A DNA stretch of 64,000 nucleotides from an uncultured Ignavibacteriales bacterium (GCA_964464605.1 CAYXJN010000001.1:1-64000), one strand, 5' to 3'; shown: positions 1 through 10,213, counted from the stretch's first letter. Numbers and translations: made by a program. The notes: generated by a model from the sequence alone, not told the origin.

Positions 1-45
1 CCCTCAGATGTTTCAACGGGATGCATCAACCACGCCAAAGGAGAG

Positions 46-1899
46 ATGAGTAGCATGTTTCAGTTTTTGCGCAAGCTTATTGTTCCGATCATTGTCACTG
101 TTTTAGTCTTTTTCGTGGCTATGATTGTTCTGGAATGGGGACTTCAGTTTACCGATTCGAATCGGTTTGCAACTGCTGAAGCAGCCGGGGTTATTAACGG
201 CGAATCGGTTTCATGGCAGGTGTACCAAAATATTTACAGCAACCTGTACCGGACCGCTACCAATGATACGTTAACGCTGACCGACGCACAGGAACGGGAA
301 GTTCAACTGCGGGCATGGAACCAGGTAGTTCATGAAAAACTGCTGACTCAGCAGGCCGACAAACATGGTATCGAAGTCACGGACGAAGAAGTGTATCAAT
401 ATCTTCGTGCCAATCCGCCGGCAGAGATGCAGCAAATCACCCAGTTTCATACCAACGGCCAATTCGATTATCAAAAATATTTCTCGGCAATGACCAATCC
501 GGAATTCGGGTCGTTTTGGGCTTCGGTGGAACCGATTATTCGGAACGATATCCGTAAGCTGAAAATGCAGGAAATGGTCATTCAGGCGGCCCAGGTAAGT
601 GAAAACGAAATTAAAGAAGCATTCATGGCTAACAACGAAACGATCCGCATAGGGTCTATTTTCGTTACATATGACAGATTTACCCGTGGTTCAATGCCAC
701 CGCAGTCAGACGATGAATTGAAAGCCTACTACGAATCCCACAAAGAAGAGTACAAGCTCGGTGAGCGCGCAGCTTTGAACGTAGCGATAATCGAAAAGAA
801 TCCATCTGATCGTGATTGGAACGTCGCCTACAAGAAACTCAAGGCAGTTCATGATTCCATCGTCGCCGGGGCAGATTTTGCCGAAATGGCTCGCCGGCAT
901 TCGGACGATGTCAGCAAAGCAGACGGTGGTGATTTAGGCTGGTTTGCCCGCGGCGCGATGGTTGCGGAATTCGACCGTTTCTCTTTTTCAATGAAAGAAG
1001 GGGAACTTTCCGAACCGTTCAAGACCCAGTTCGGTTGGCACATTATTCTCCATCAGGGATACAAAGAAGAAAAAGAAACGCTGCCGGGTGAAAAGACACC
1101 CCAACTGGTCAAACGCGCCCATGTTTCGCATATTCTGATTAAGGTTGCTCCTTCTGCTGAAACCATCGATGATGCGCACAGACGCTTAGGCACGGTTATC
1201 GCCAATGCAAAAAGCGGCGGATTTGAAGCCGCGGCAAAAGCTGCCAATATTACCTTCCACAAAACTGCGCCGTTCGGCAAAGGTGGTAATATTCAATTCC
1301 TCGGTAACGATGCTAACGCCGGTACCTTCGCGATGGAGCATAACGTCGACGAGATTTCAGCTGTGATGGAAAACAACTCATCGATTTATGTGGTACAGGT
1401 AGCAGAAAAACTTCCGGCCGGTATGGCTACCTTTGAGGAAGCGAAGGAAAAAATAAAAGTGGACGCGCTTCGCAGCTCAATCGCCAAACATTGCAGCGAT
1501 ACTATTCGCGCCATTTACGCCGCCATTCAGGCCGGTACGCCGATGGACAAAGCTGCTTCGATGCATGGCGCAACCTATACGGAAATGGATCCGATGACGC
1601 GTAAAACCTTGCAGCGACCGATAGCAGCCGATCCAAAAGCGCTCGGTGCGGCATTCAGCCTGACTCAGGTCGGTGAAACAAGCGCGCCGATTGATTTCAA
1701 TCAGGGCTCCGTTATTTTCAAACTGCTTGAGCGATCAGAGCCGGATTTGGTGCAGTATAACACGGCTCGTGATTCGCTGTACATGCAGATTCTCAGTGCC
1801 AAACAGCAGCAGGTATACAGCAAATGGTTCGAAGGTTTGGTGAACGAATCGAAGATTGAAAACAACGTCGCAAAAAATCTAGCACAAAATCAATCATAA
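46..1899 (+). CDS. SurA/PpiD-family periplasmic chaperone, parvulin-type peptidyl-prolyl isomerase
   Basis: 617 aa ORF with an N-terminal TM anchor, a SurA_N-like region and a rotamase motif (FAEMARRHSDD..GGDLGWF...GELSEPFKTQFGWHII); AAGGAG RBS upstream. Confidence 0.9.
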   Translation: MSSMFQFLRKLIVPIIVTVLVFFVAMIVLEWGLQFTDSNRFATAEAAGVINGESVSWQVYQNIYSNLYRTATNDTLTLTDAQEREVQLRAWNQVVHEKLLTQQADKHGIEVTDEEVYQYLRANPPAEMQQITQFHTNGQFDYQKYFSAMTNPEFGSFWASVEPIIRNDIRKLKMQEMVIQAAQVSENEIKEAFMANNETIRIGSIFVTYDRFTRGSMPPQSDDELKAYYESHKEEYKLGERAALNVAIIEKNPSDRDWNVAYKKLKAVHDSIVAGADFAEMARRHSDDVSKADGGDLGWFARGAMVAEFDRFSFSMKEGELSEPFKTQFGWHIILHQGYKEEKETLPGEKTPQLVKRAHVSHILIKVAPSAETIDDAHRRLGTVIANAKSGGFEAAAKAANITFHKTAPFGKGGNIQFLGNDANAGTFAMEHNVDEISAVMENNSSIYVVQVAEKLPAGMATFEEAKEKIKVDALRSSIAKHCSDTIRAIYAAIQAGTPMDKAASMHGATYTEMDPMTRKTLQRPIAADPKALGAAFSLTQVGETSAPIDFNQGSVIFKLLERSEPDLVQYNTARDSLYMQILSAKQQQVYSKWFEGLVNESKIENNVAKNLAQNQS

Positions 1900-1919
1900 G
1901 CGATTTGAAATTTTGTCAT

Positions 1920-1950
1920 AAAAAAAGCTCCCGGTATCGGGAGCTTTTTT
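1920..1950. terminator. Bidirectional rho-independent terminator
   Basis: A7-GCTCCCG-GTAT-CGGGAGC-T6 between convergent genes. Confidence 0.85.
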
Positions 1951-1965
1951 ATTGGTATCGTTCGG

Positions 1966-3645
1966 TTACAAATTCGTGTAGTTCGGACCTTCTCCACCCT
2001 GCGGCGTCACCCAGCGAATCACCTGGTACGGATCGGCAATATCACAGGTTTTGCAATGGACGCAGTTGGACGGGGTAAGCTGCAGTTTCACTTTGCCGGG
2101 GCGTTCGGGATCATCAACCATGTTGTAGACATCGGCCGGACAGAAATGCTGGCACGGGTTGCCGTATTCTTCGGTACAGCGGGTGTTGCAGATATTGTAA
2201 TCGGCAACGACCAAGTGCGAAGGCTGCTCTTCCTCGTGCATCGTGCCCGATTTGTAAACATCGGTTACTTTGTCGAAGGTATAGGCATTGTCGAATTTCA
2301 TGTCATTCGGCTGCGGTTCGCTGCCGTATTTCCGGCGATAATCGCTCAGTTTCATCATGTAGGCATGATCCGGTTTATTGACATGACGGTCAAACAAACC
2401 GCGTCCACCGGTTATCATTTGCAGCGCACCATTAATCATACCCGGAATCAAACCATGCTGGAATCCGGCGTGGAAATTTCGTGACCCCCACAATTCCTGC
2501 TTCACCCAGCTCGCTTCGTAGCGGTCCTGATATGATTTGAGCGTTTTCTGCGAATAATCATTCGCTTTGACCGCTTCAAAAAGGCTCTCCGCCGCCATCA
2601 TACCGGATTTGATAGCCATATGGATTCCTTTAAGCCGCGCGGGATTGAGCATTCCGGCGGAGTCGCCGCATAATAACAAACCATCATGGTAAAGCTTCGG
2701 AACCGAGTAATAGCCGTTCACCGGAATCGTTTTGGCGCCGTAATGGAGCATCTTTCCACCCGAAAGAATGCGGCGCAGCAGCGGATGGGTTTTGTACATC
2801 TGATATTTCATGTGCGGGTCATTGGTTGGATCAGGAGAATTGAGACCGACGCAGTAGCCGACTGATACCATCGTATCACTCATGCCATAAACAAACCCGC
2901 CGCCGTAATCCCGCATAGGCTGGGGCCATCCGGCAGTGTGAATCACCTCTCCCGCTTTTATCTGACCGCTGGGAACTTCCCAGACCTCTTTAACACCGGT
3001 CAAATAGGCCTGTGGCAGAGCATCCGCGCGCAATGACGGTATCTTTTCGAACGCCATCCGGCTTAATGATCCGTGGGTTCCTTCACATAAAATGGTTGCT
3101 TTAGCTTTTATGATCGAACCGGGTTCAAAATTCTGACGGGGGTGACCCTCTTTATCCAAACCCATATCAACAGTGCGAACCCCGGTAACGGCGCCGTTTT
3201 CGACAACTAATTCAAAGGCTGCTAAACCGGTGTAAATGTCGATTCCGGCCGCTTCGACCTGTTTGGCCAGCCATCCGCTGAATTTGTTGAGCGAAATGAC
3301 GTAGTTGCCGTGGTTATTGATCGACGGGGGATTGACCGGAAACTTGAATGAGGATGTCCCGTTCCAGAGCAAGTACATGGCATCGGAACTGACCGCCGCT
3401 TCAAGTGGGGCACCTTTTTCTTTAAAATCGGGAATTAATTCGGTTATCCCGCGCGGATCCAGCACTGCGCCGGAAAGGGAATGTGCGCCGACATACGACC
3501 CTTTTTCGATTACCATGATTTCCGGCTTGGTAACGCTGGTGTCGGCACCGAATAGCTGCGCCAGACGATAGGCAAGCGACAAACCGGCCGGCCCTGCGCC
3601 GACAATCAGAATATCAGTCTCTAAAATTTCGCGTGTTATTTCCAT
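1966..3645 (-). CDS. Electron transfer flavoprotein-ubiquinone oxidoreductase (ETF-QO/FixC family)
   Basis: FAD motif IVGAGPAGL, GAHSLSGAV, KGIHMAIKSGM, and C-terminal 4Fe-4S motifs CPADVY...NCVHCKTCDI. Confidence 0.93.
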   Translation of the reverse strand: MEITREILETDILIVGAGPAGLSLAYRLAQLFGADTSVTKPEIMVIEKGSYVGAHSLSGAVLDPRGITELIPDFKEKGAPLEAAVSSDAMYLLWNGTSSFKFPVNPPSINNHGNYVISLNKFSGWLAKQVEAAGIDIYTGLAAFELVVENGAVTGVRTVDMGLDKEGHPRQNFEPGSIIKAKATILCEGTHGSLSRMAFEKIPSLRADALPQAYLTGVKEVWEVPSGQIKAGEVIHTAGWPQPMRDYGGGFVYGMSDTMVSVGYCVGLNSPDPTNDPHMKYQMYKTHPLLRRILSGGKMLHYGAKTIPVNGYYSVPKLYHDGLLLCGDSAGMLNPARLKGIHMAIKSGMMAAESLFEAVKANDYSQKTLKSYQDRYEASWVKQELWGSRNFHAGFQHGLIPGMINGALQMITGGRGLFDRHVNKPDHAYMMKLSDYRRKYGSEPQPNDMKFDNAYTFDKVTDVYKSGTMHEEEQPSHLVVADYNICNTRCTEEYGNPCQHFCPADVYNMVDDPERPGKVKLQLTPSNCVHCKTCDIADPYQVIRWVTPQGGEGPNYTNL

Positions 3646-3726
3646 ACTCTTACCCTCCTATCGGGTCAGAGCGAGAATATAGGGCATGAACCAAGAGAAT
3701 GAAAGTCGAGAAAAAGAAATCGTGAA

Positions 3727-4170
3727 CTACTTAGCCGATGCCTGCGCCTCACGGTGATGGTGGTGATTACGCTGCTGCGGCTGTTGATCATCATCATTGC
3801 CGTTCCCGTTTGCCTTGATTTGCAGCATTTCGGAAATTTTACGGCGGTCATGGCCAATGGTAATGAGCCGGGATGATTTGATGATCGGCCGGCGGAGAAT
3901 GCTGTTATCCTTCGCTATCAGCTTGATCACCGCTGCCCGGTCGGACAAGTGCGAATCGACATCGAGTTTGTCGAACGCCTCTGCGCCCGGATTCAGAAAG
4001 TGAAGCAACTCAAGGTTGCCGATTAACTTCGCCAGTTCATGCTCGTTCAGCGGCTGTTTGGTCAGGTCGCGGATGTCGAGAATAATACCGGCATCTTCGA
4101 TGAACTTCTGCGTTTCTGCGCATCGGTCATCCTTGCTTGACGTGTAGTACGTCGCGCGTTTGAGTGCCAT
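3727..4170 (-). CDS. ArsC/Spx/YffB-family thioredoxin-fold protein
   Basis: RDLTKQPLNEHEL and ILRRPII motifs; ATG at 4170 follows GGAGGA; the usual CxxC reads DDRC. Confidence 0.75.
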   Translation of the reverse strand: MALKRATYYTSSKDDRCAETQKFIEDAGIILDIRDLTKQPLNEHELAKLIGNLELLHFLNPGAEAFDKLDVDSHLSDRAAVIKLIAKDNSILRRPIIKSSRLITIGHDRRKISEMLQIKANGNGNDDDQQPQQRNHHHHREAQASAK

Positions 4171-4641
4171 GGTCAAAAAGTCCTCCACATGTGGATACGT
4201 ATTGTGTCGTCTGATACGACGCAGCTTATATTCTGTCTGGTCATTAGTTCCCTACTTTTCCATAAAGCCTGACTGCCAGACGTATGGAAGTTCCCTGCAA
4301 TTGAATCTGTACTGGTTGTTGAAGTCAACAAAAACGAGTGACTGTATACCATAAGAATTCAAGAAATGAGGGTTTTGTCAATATCTTTCTGCCGTCAACC
4401 GAGGCGTTGTCATGCAACGTACCTAAAGCTGCGCCGCCGTAACCATGTTCAGCCGCACATTTTGCCCTTAGATTCGGTTGTCTGAACGCCGACGAGTGAG
4501 TCGGAAGCGTTTAACGTAAATTAACAATTCCAATGTTGGATGATTTCACATGTCCGTATGAGAATTGCAATCCGTTTGTAATTATAACGTAAAACGTAAT
4601 CGAAAGTTCCGCAACCATTCTTTCTTCAGGGGAAGAAAAAA

Positions 4642-5262
4642 TTATACCCGAGTTGCTACCGCGATACCATCCCGAATCGGAATGATCGTCGTGAAAAATC
4701 GTTTATCCGCCATGAGTAAACGGGTAAATCGTATGATTTCACGAGTCCGCTCATCCTGAGGTTTGGTGTAGACACGACCGGACCAGAGTACGTTATCGGT
4801 GATAAACAATCCACCCGGACGAAGCAGCCGCGCCGCCGGTTCGATAGTTTTCGGATAATCTTCTTTGTTAATATCATTCAAAATGATATCGAATGTACCG
4901 GTTTGTACTCGCGCAACTGCAAGCGCATCTGCAACATGAAAATCGATTTTGCAGTTCAGTTTCGCTTTTTTAAAACATGCCATCGCCCGATTTCTGTTCA
5001 CTTCATCGGTATCCGTAAGCACAAACTTTCCCTGTTTTCCGGTCGCCATGGCAAACCAGATAGCCGAGTAGCCATATCCTGACCCAAGTTCCAAAATCCG
5101 TTTTGCCTTGATGGAAAGCGCCAACTGGTGAAGCAGCCGACCAGCCAGCGGCCCAATGATCGGGAAATTATTCTTTTTAGCGTACCGCTCCATCTCCGCC
5201 AGAACAGGCATCCGTTTAGGAATACCGTTTGTCAGGTACTCGTGGATTTTTGCGTAATCCAT
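4642..5262 (-). CDS. SAM-dependent O-methyltransferase (caffeoyl-CoA OMT/YrrM-like)
   Basis: ILELGSGYGYS, FDIILND, LRPGGLFITDNVLWSG, IRDGI. Confidence 0.88.
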   Translation of the reverse strand: MDYAKIHEYLTNGIPKRMPVLAEMERYAKKNNFPIIGPLAGRLLHQLALSIKAKRILELGSGYGYSAIWFAMATGKQGKFVLTDTDEVNRNRAMACFKKAKLNCKIDFHVADALAVARVQTGTFDIILNDINKEDYPKTIEPAARLLRPGGLFITDNVLWSGRVYTKPQDERTREIIRFTRLLMADKRFFTTIIPIRDGIAVATRV

Positions 5263-5267
5263 CCGGA

Positions 5268-7523
5268 TCAGGTGCGTTTGTAGGCAGCTTGTGGATGATC
5301 GGCTACGGAAGAACCGGTATGGTGGATGGGTGCTTCCGCCGCTTTTTGCGAGGCCAATCGCCGACGGCGTTCCCGCATTGACAATCCGCCTGATACAAAG
5401 AGTAAAAATGTGCCAAACCAGAATAAATTGATAAGCGGCTTTTTGGATAATTCCATCGTCAAGGTAGCAACCTGCAAATCAGCAGAAGGTAAAAACGCGC
5501 CATGCACCCGAAGGACAACTCCACCCTCTTCCGGGCGAATCCCTTCGATCATGACTTGACCGTTTTGAGCGTCGAAATTAGCGGCTTCCGGAACAACCGT
5601 ATCACCACGAATAACGAGAATCGGGCGGATATCCTCTTTCTTATCTCCGTACGCAACGGTAACCAATGCGGCTGCCTGAGTGGGCATCGAATCATTATGC
5701 CCGTCGACTTCGAAGCCGTTAAACGTAAACGTATATTTGTCGATGGTTTTCGATTCCCCTTTTAACAAAGGAAGAAATCCCGGCCCTTCCGAATCCGGCT
5801 GATCAATGGCTACCGGTGCGAGGTACAAATCATGGTCGAGATATTTTTCGACATGCGGTTTGCGCATGACACCCTGTCCGTTTTTCGGAAACTCGTGAGG
5901 CAGGTCGGCTTCGAACATATGATCACCTTCCTGCACCTGGACATGGCAGTCGAATCCTTTTTCGGTATCAGTAGCGTGGGTAAACGTAAGCGTGTATCCC
6001 ATCGCGTCAATCGGTTTCCCCTGCGGCAAATTCAGTGTCTCTTTGGTTTCAAAGCCGGCTGAAACCGCCGCACCCACCACGGCAATCGCTAAACCGACAT
6101 GCGCCAGATAGGCCGGCTTGAAGTTGCCATCCCGCCATGACCCATAAAACACATACCCGTTCGTGATTACGGCAGAAACCGCAGCACCGAACAACAAAAG
6201 ATAGATCGGCTCATAGGTAACTCCTGCTAATAACAGAATAGCTATTGTTACTAACGCGGCAATGCCGCCGATTAGTAAGAGCCGTTTTTTGCTCACTCCC
6301 TCATTCCAGCGGAATGCCGGAAACAAAGTCAGCAAAATAAGCAGCGCCACGGCTACCGGCGTCATGGTAGCAAAGTAGTATTCCAGTCCAACCGCCGAAG
6401 GATTATCACCGAACCGTGTGAGCAGCGGAGCGGACGTGCCAAGCAGTGTCAGCACACCGCCGATGAACAAAATAATAACGCCGAGAGAAACAATATAGGA
6501 ACGTGAGCTGACAGTCGCATAGGACGGTTTGGAGTCAATGTCCCGCCAGCGCCAGAAAATCAGAAAAACTCCACCGAGCACAAAGAACAGCAGTGAGCCG
6601 ATTAAGAAATTGTTGATCCCAAGCTCAACGAATGAATGTACCGAAAAGTCGGCCAACACTCCGGAACGGGTTAAGAATGTTCCATACAGCACCGACCAGA
6701 AGGTCAAACAGACCATGAAGAGCGAAAAGCGCATGAGTCCGTTTCGCTGCCGTTTGATAAAGAGTGCATGCACCTGAGTGGTTAAAAATATCCAGGGGAT
6801 AAATGAGGAATTTTCAACCGGGTCCCATGCCCAGAATCCACCCCAGCCGAGGGTTACATACGCCCAATAACCACCCATCGTTAATGACACTCCCAAAGCA
6901 CACCAGGCAAACAATGTCCAGCGTCGTGCCGATTCTGCCCAACTGTTAAATCGCTTTTCGACTAAAGCCGTAATGGCAAAGCAGAACGGAAACACCGCTC
7001 CGGCGAACCCGACGAACATGATGGGTGGGTGAATCGTCATCCAGAAGTTTTGCAGTAGTGGATTAAGCCCGGCGCCTTCGGTTTGTGCCACCGGTAAAAG
7101 CTCAAATGGGTTTCGTTTCAGCAGGATTAACAGAAGAGAAAGTACAAAGAGGTTGAGAATCGTCATATTGCCGCGTTCAAACGAACCGGCAGTGCGCATC
7201 ATCACCGTTCCGATTATGGTCGTAAACACGAGCCATAGCAGAAATGTCCCTTCCTGCCCGCCCCACAAGGATGCTATCAAATAATACAGTGGGAGATCAG
7301 TCGATGAATATGCCTGTACATACGCGACGCTGAAATCATGCGTTAAAAACAGATAGAGCAGGGTGCCAAGCGCACCGACAAGACAAACTGTGGAAACAAG
7401 AAAAAAGCCGCGGGCAACCGAAACAGTTTTATTCGAACCGCGCCAAGCCAGAAAATAAAGAACTAACGAGAAAATAGTGCAGCCGAAAGCGGCAAAGATA
7501 AGAAACTCACCGAACGTCGCCAT
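5268..7523 (-). CDS. ccmF: Cytochrome c biogenesis heme lyase, CcmF/NrfE family
   Basis: LWGGQEG, GLNPLLQN..MTIHPP, WGGFWAWDPVEN, GTFLTRSGV...SVHSF; multi-TM protein. Confidence 0.9.
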   Translation of the reverse strand: MATFGEFLIFAAFGCTIFSLVLYFLAWRGSNKTVSVARGFFLVSTVCLVGALGTLLYLFLTHDFSVAYVQAYSSTDLPLYYLIASLWGGQEGTFLLWLVFTTIIGTVMMRTAGSFERGNMTILNLFVLSLLLILLKRNPFELLPVAQTEGAGLNPLLQNFWMTIHPPIMFVGFAGAVFPFCFAITALVEKRFNSWAESARRWTLFAWCALGVSLTMGGYWAYVTLGWGGFWAWDPVENSSFIPWIFLTTQVHALFIKRQRNGLMRFSLFMVCLTFWSVLYGTFLTRSGVLADFSVHSFVELGINNFLIGSLLFFVLGGVFLIFWRWRDIDSKPSYATVSSRSYIVSLGVIILFIGGVLTLLGTSAPLLTRFGDNPSAVGLEYYFATMTPVAVALLILLTLFPAFRWNEGVSKKRLLLIGGIAALVTIAILLLAGVTYEPIYLLLFGAAVSAVITNGYVFYGSWRDGNFKPAYLAHVGLAIAVVGAAVSAGFETKETLNLPQGKPIDAMGYTLTFTHATDTEKGFDCHVQVQEGDHMFEADLPHEFPKNGQGVMRKPHVEKYLDHDLYLAPVAIDQPDSEGPGFLPLLKGESKTIDKYTFTFNGFEVDGHNDSMPTQAAALVTVAYGDKKEDIRPILVIRGDTVVPEAANFDAQNGQVMIEGIRPEEGGVVLRVHGAFLPSADLQVATLTMELSKKPLINLFWFGTFLLFVSGGLSMRERRRRLASQKAAEAPIHHTGSSVADHPQAAYKRT

Positions 7524-7581
7524 GGTATCTCACACGAAACAAGTTATTCTCATATCAACACGCTTCGTTTAACACTCCGCG

Positions 7582-8502
7582 TTAATTTTTCGCTACGCGC
7601 GCTATCCGGGTCCGCTTCTCCGGCAAAACCAGTTCGGCCGTGCCACCCGATATTTCCATTAATCTTTGAAGCACCGCTTCGACTAAATAATCCGGTGTCG
7701 AGGCTCCTGCTGTCACACCGACTGTTTCGATATTGTGTTCCGGGTCGAACCATTCCATCTGGATATCGTCGACGGAATCGATCAAATAGCCGTGACCGCA
7801 AATATCATGCGAAATTTGCGCCAGCCGTTTGGAATTGGCCGAGGTTTTCGAACCGACGACAATCATCATGTTCACCTGCGGGGCTAAATCGACCACTGCA
7901 CCCTGACGCTGGGTGGTGGCGTTACAGATCGTATTATGAAATTCGATGTGCGGGAATTTTTCTTTGGCGAACCCTTCCATCTCTTCGTATTCGCCGCGAT
8001 GCGATGTGGTCTGTACGGTAAGCGCCAGTTTCCGCTCTTTCCAATCCGGCAGGGCGAAGAGTTCTTCCCGATTACCAACTACCGTTATATGATCCGGGGC
8101 ATGGCCGACCACACCGATTGTTTCGTCATGGTTGCGGTCACCGAAATGGATTATGTAATATCCCTGACCGACAAGTTCTTCGACTTTATCATAAATAACA
8201 GTCACCAAAGGACAGGTAGCATCAATAACTTTGAGCCCTTTGGCATTCGCTTCTTCGAATACATGAGGAGCAACACCATGCGCGGAAATAATCAACGTGC
8301 CACCCTGGACATCATCAAGCGATAATGCCTGACCTACGCCCTGCTGGCGGAATCGTTCGACAACTGATTCATTATGTACGATTTCATTGAGAATAGTCAC
8401 TGTACCGTCGATCGTTTTGGAAGCTTCATCCGCGATATTGATAGCGCGTTTGACCCCCATGCAGAACCCATGATGCTTGGCGACGATAATTTTCTTCAGC
8501 AT
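7582..8502 (-). CDS. ispH: 4-hydroxy-3-methylbut-2-enyl diphosphate reductase
   Basis: GFCMGVKRA, IVHN, SAHGV, DATCPLV, TICNAT..RQ, SANS, TAGASTP. Confidence 0.95.
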   Translation of the reverse strand: MLKKIIVAKHHGFCMGVKRAINIADEASKTIDGTVTILNEIVHNESVVERFRQQGVGQALSLDDVQGGTLIISAHGVAPHVFEEANAKGLKVIDATCPLVTVIYDKVEELVGQGYYIIHFGDRNHDETIGVVGHAPDHITVVGNREELFALPDWKERKLALTVQTTSHRGEYEEMEGFAKEKFPHIEFHNTICNATTQRQGAVVDLAPQVNMMIVVGSKTSANSKRLAQISHDICGHGYLIDSVDDIQMEWFDPEHNIETVGVTAGASTPDYLVEAVLQRLMEISGGTAELVLPEKRTRIARVAKN

Positions 8503-9458
8503 GCCTTCTCCAGCAATTTACTCGACTGGTTGAATGCTTTGTAGGAACTGCGCACAAGCGGTCCGGATTCAACGTGACCGAATCCGATCTCCCGGCCGAT
8601 ACGTCCTATTTCTTCGAATTCTTCCGGTTTATAGAACCGCTCCACCGGTAAATGGTTCAGTGACGGGCGCAGGTACTGGCCAATGGTCACGATATCCGTG
8701 CCGGTAGCATGGATTTGATACATAAGTTCAACGATTTCATCAATAGTTTCTCCGAGACCGACCATAAAACCGGTCTTGAGAATCGGCCGCGGGTTGTAAT
8801 TGGCGGCAAAACGAAGCACTTCAAGTGAGCGATCTAATTTCATTCCGGGTCTCACCCGCTTATACAAACGGGAAACGGTTTCGACGTTGTGTGCTAAAAC
8901 ATCGACACCGGCATCAATGATCGCCTGCACCGCTTTCATGTCTCCTTTCAAATCCGGAATCAAAAACTCGACTTTGACATTCGGGTCCTGCTTGCGGAGT
9001 TCGACAAGAGTTTGAACAAATATCGATGCACCTCCATCCGGAAGGTCATCACGGGTGACGGAGGTAATCACGACCTGATTCAATTCCAGCTTGGCGACAA
9101 CGGTGGCCAAACGCTGCGGTTCATCGGTATCAAGTCCGAGCGGTTTGGCTTTAATAACATCGCAGAAATTACAGCCGCGGGTGCAGCGGTTACCCAATAT
9201 CATGAAGGTGGCAGTACCCTCTTCGTAACATTCCCGAATATTCGGGCAGGCAGCTTCCTGACAGACTGAGTGCAAGCCATGCTCTTTTAAAATTGATTTA
9301 ACCCGGTCATACCCCGGACCGCTCTTCGGGGTAATTTTGATCCAGTTCGGCAGCTTGACGTGCGGTACCGTTGCCCGCTCCATCGGATGCGGGGCACGAG
9401 GCTGTTCACTGTGGGCGGAAATCTCGCCAATCGATTGTGTGAAAAGGACTTTGTTCAT
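8496..9458 (-). CDS. lipA: Lipoyl synthase
   Basis: CQEAACPNIREC, CTRGCNFC, GQYLRPS, VRSSY. Confidence 0.96.
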   Translation of the reverse strand: MNKVLFTQSIGEISAHSEQPRAPHPMERATVPHVKLPNWIKITPKSGPGYDRVKSILKEHGLHSVCQEAACPNIRECYEEGTATFMILGNRCTRGCNFCDVIKAKPLGLDTDEPQRLATVVAKLELNQVVITSVTRDDLPDGGASIFVQTLVELRKQDPNVKVEFLIPDLKGDMKAVQAIIDAGVDVLAHNVETVSRLYKRVRPGMKLDRSLEVLRFAANYNPRPILKTGFMVGLGETIDEIVELMYQIHATGTDIVTIGQYLRPSLNHLPVERFYKPEEFEEIGRIGREIGFGHVESGPLVRSSYKAFNQSSKLLEKAC

Positions 9459-9481
9459 ACTTATATAGTACGTTGCCGACC

Positions 9482-10078
9482 TTAGACCGCCAAGCAGTTT
9501 TTTAAGAAAAAGCGCAAGAGAGTGGTGTCATCATCTAATTCCGTGTGGAAAGAACTTACCATCAGTTTGTCTTTGGTCACAAGCACTGGCACATCATCGA
9601 GTTGCGCCAAAACAGTTAGTCCCGAACCAAGCCTAACGATTTTTGGCGCCCGAATAAATGTAGCATTTAGGATAACCGGCGTCCCGTTTAATGAAGCGGC
9701 CAATGACCGTTCAAATGAGAAAAACTGACGACCGTAACCGTTCCGTAAAACATCAATATCTAAAAGCTCAAGCGGTTTCACGCCGGACTGGTTGTCGGTA
9801 ATTCCTTTAGCGAGCATGATCATTCCCGCGCATGTCCCCCAGACCGGCTTTTTTGAACTGAATCGTTTGAGCGGTTCTCGCAGGGCAAAGCGATCCAAAA
9901 GCAGACTCATAGTCGTCGATTCCCCACCCGGAATAATGAGACCGTCTATCCTGTCTAAATGACGCGGCAGTTTGACCTCCACACCGGTCACACCTTCAAG
10001 CTGCAGCTGATAGAGGTGCCGCTCGAAATCCCCTTGCAGGGCAAGGACGCCGATGGTAAGAGATGAAAACGATGACAT
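9482..10078 (-). CDS. pdxT: Pyridoxal 5'-phosphate synthase glutaminase subunit
   Basis: GVLALQGDF, PGGESTT, GTCAGMI, RNGYGRQ, FIRAP, FHTEL. Confidence 0.95.
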   Translation of the reverse strand: MSSFSSLTIGVLALQGDFERHLYQLQLEGVTGVEVKLPRHLDRIDGLIIPGGESTTMSLLLDRFALREPLKRFSSKKPVWGTCAGMIMLAKGITDNQSGVKPLELLDIDVLRNGYGRQFFSFERSLAASLNGTPVILNATFIRAPKIVRLGSGLTVLAQLDDVPVLVTKDKLMVSSFHTELDDDTTLLRFFLKNCLAV

Positions 10079-10112
10079 GGTTTCTTTATACGCTCCAAAT
10101 TTGAAAGGGGCG

Positions 10113-10141
10113 AATATGCCGGTCTAACCGATTTTGGTCAA
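10113..10141 (-). promoter_or_regulatory. Putative sigma70-type promoter for pdxT
   Basis: Minus strand TTGACC-N17-CATATT. Confidence 0.5.
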
Positions 10142-10213
10142 GCGACTGCAACAATATCCACGCCAATCCGGTCATACTAATATAGGTGATAAGCCGGTGC
10201 GGGAAAAATCGCG

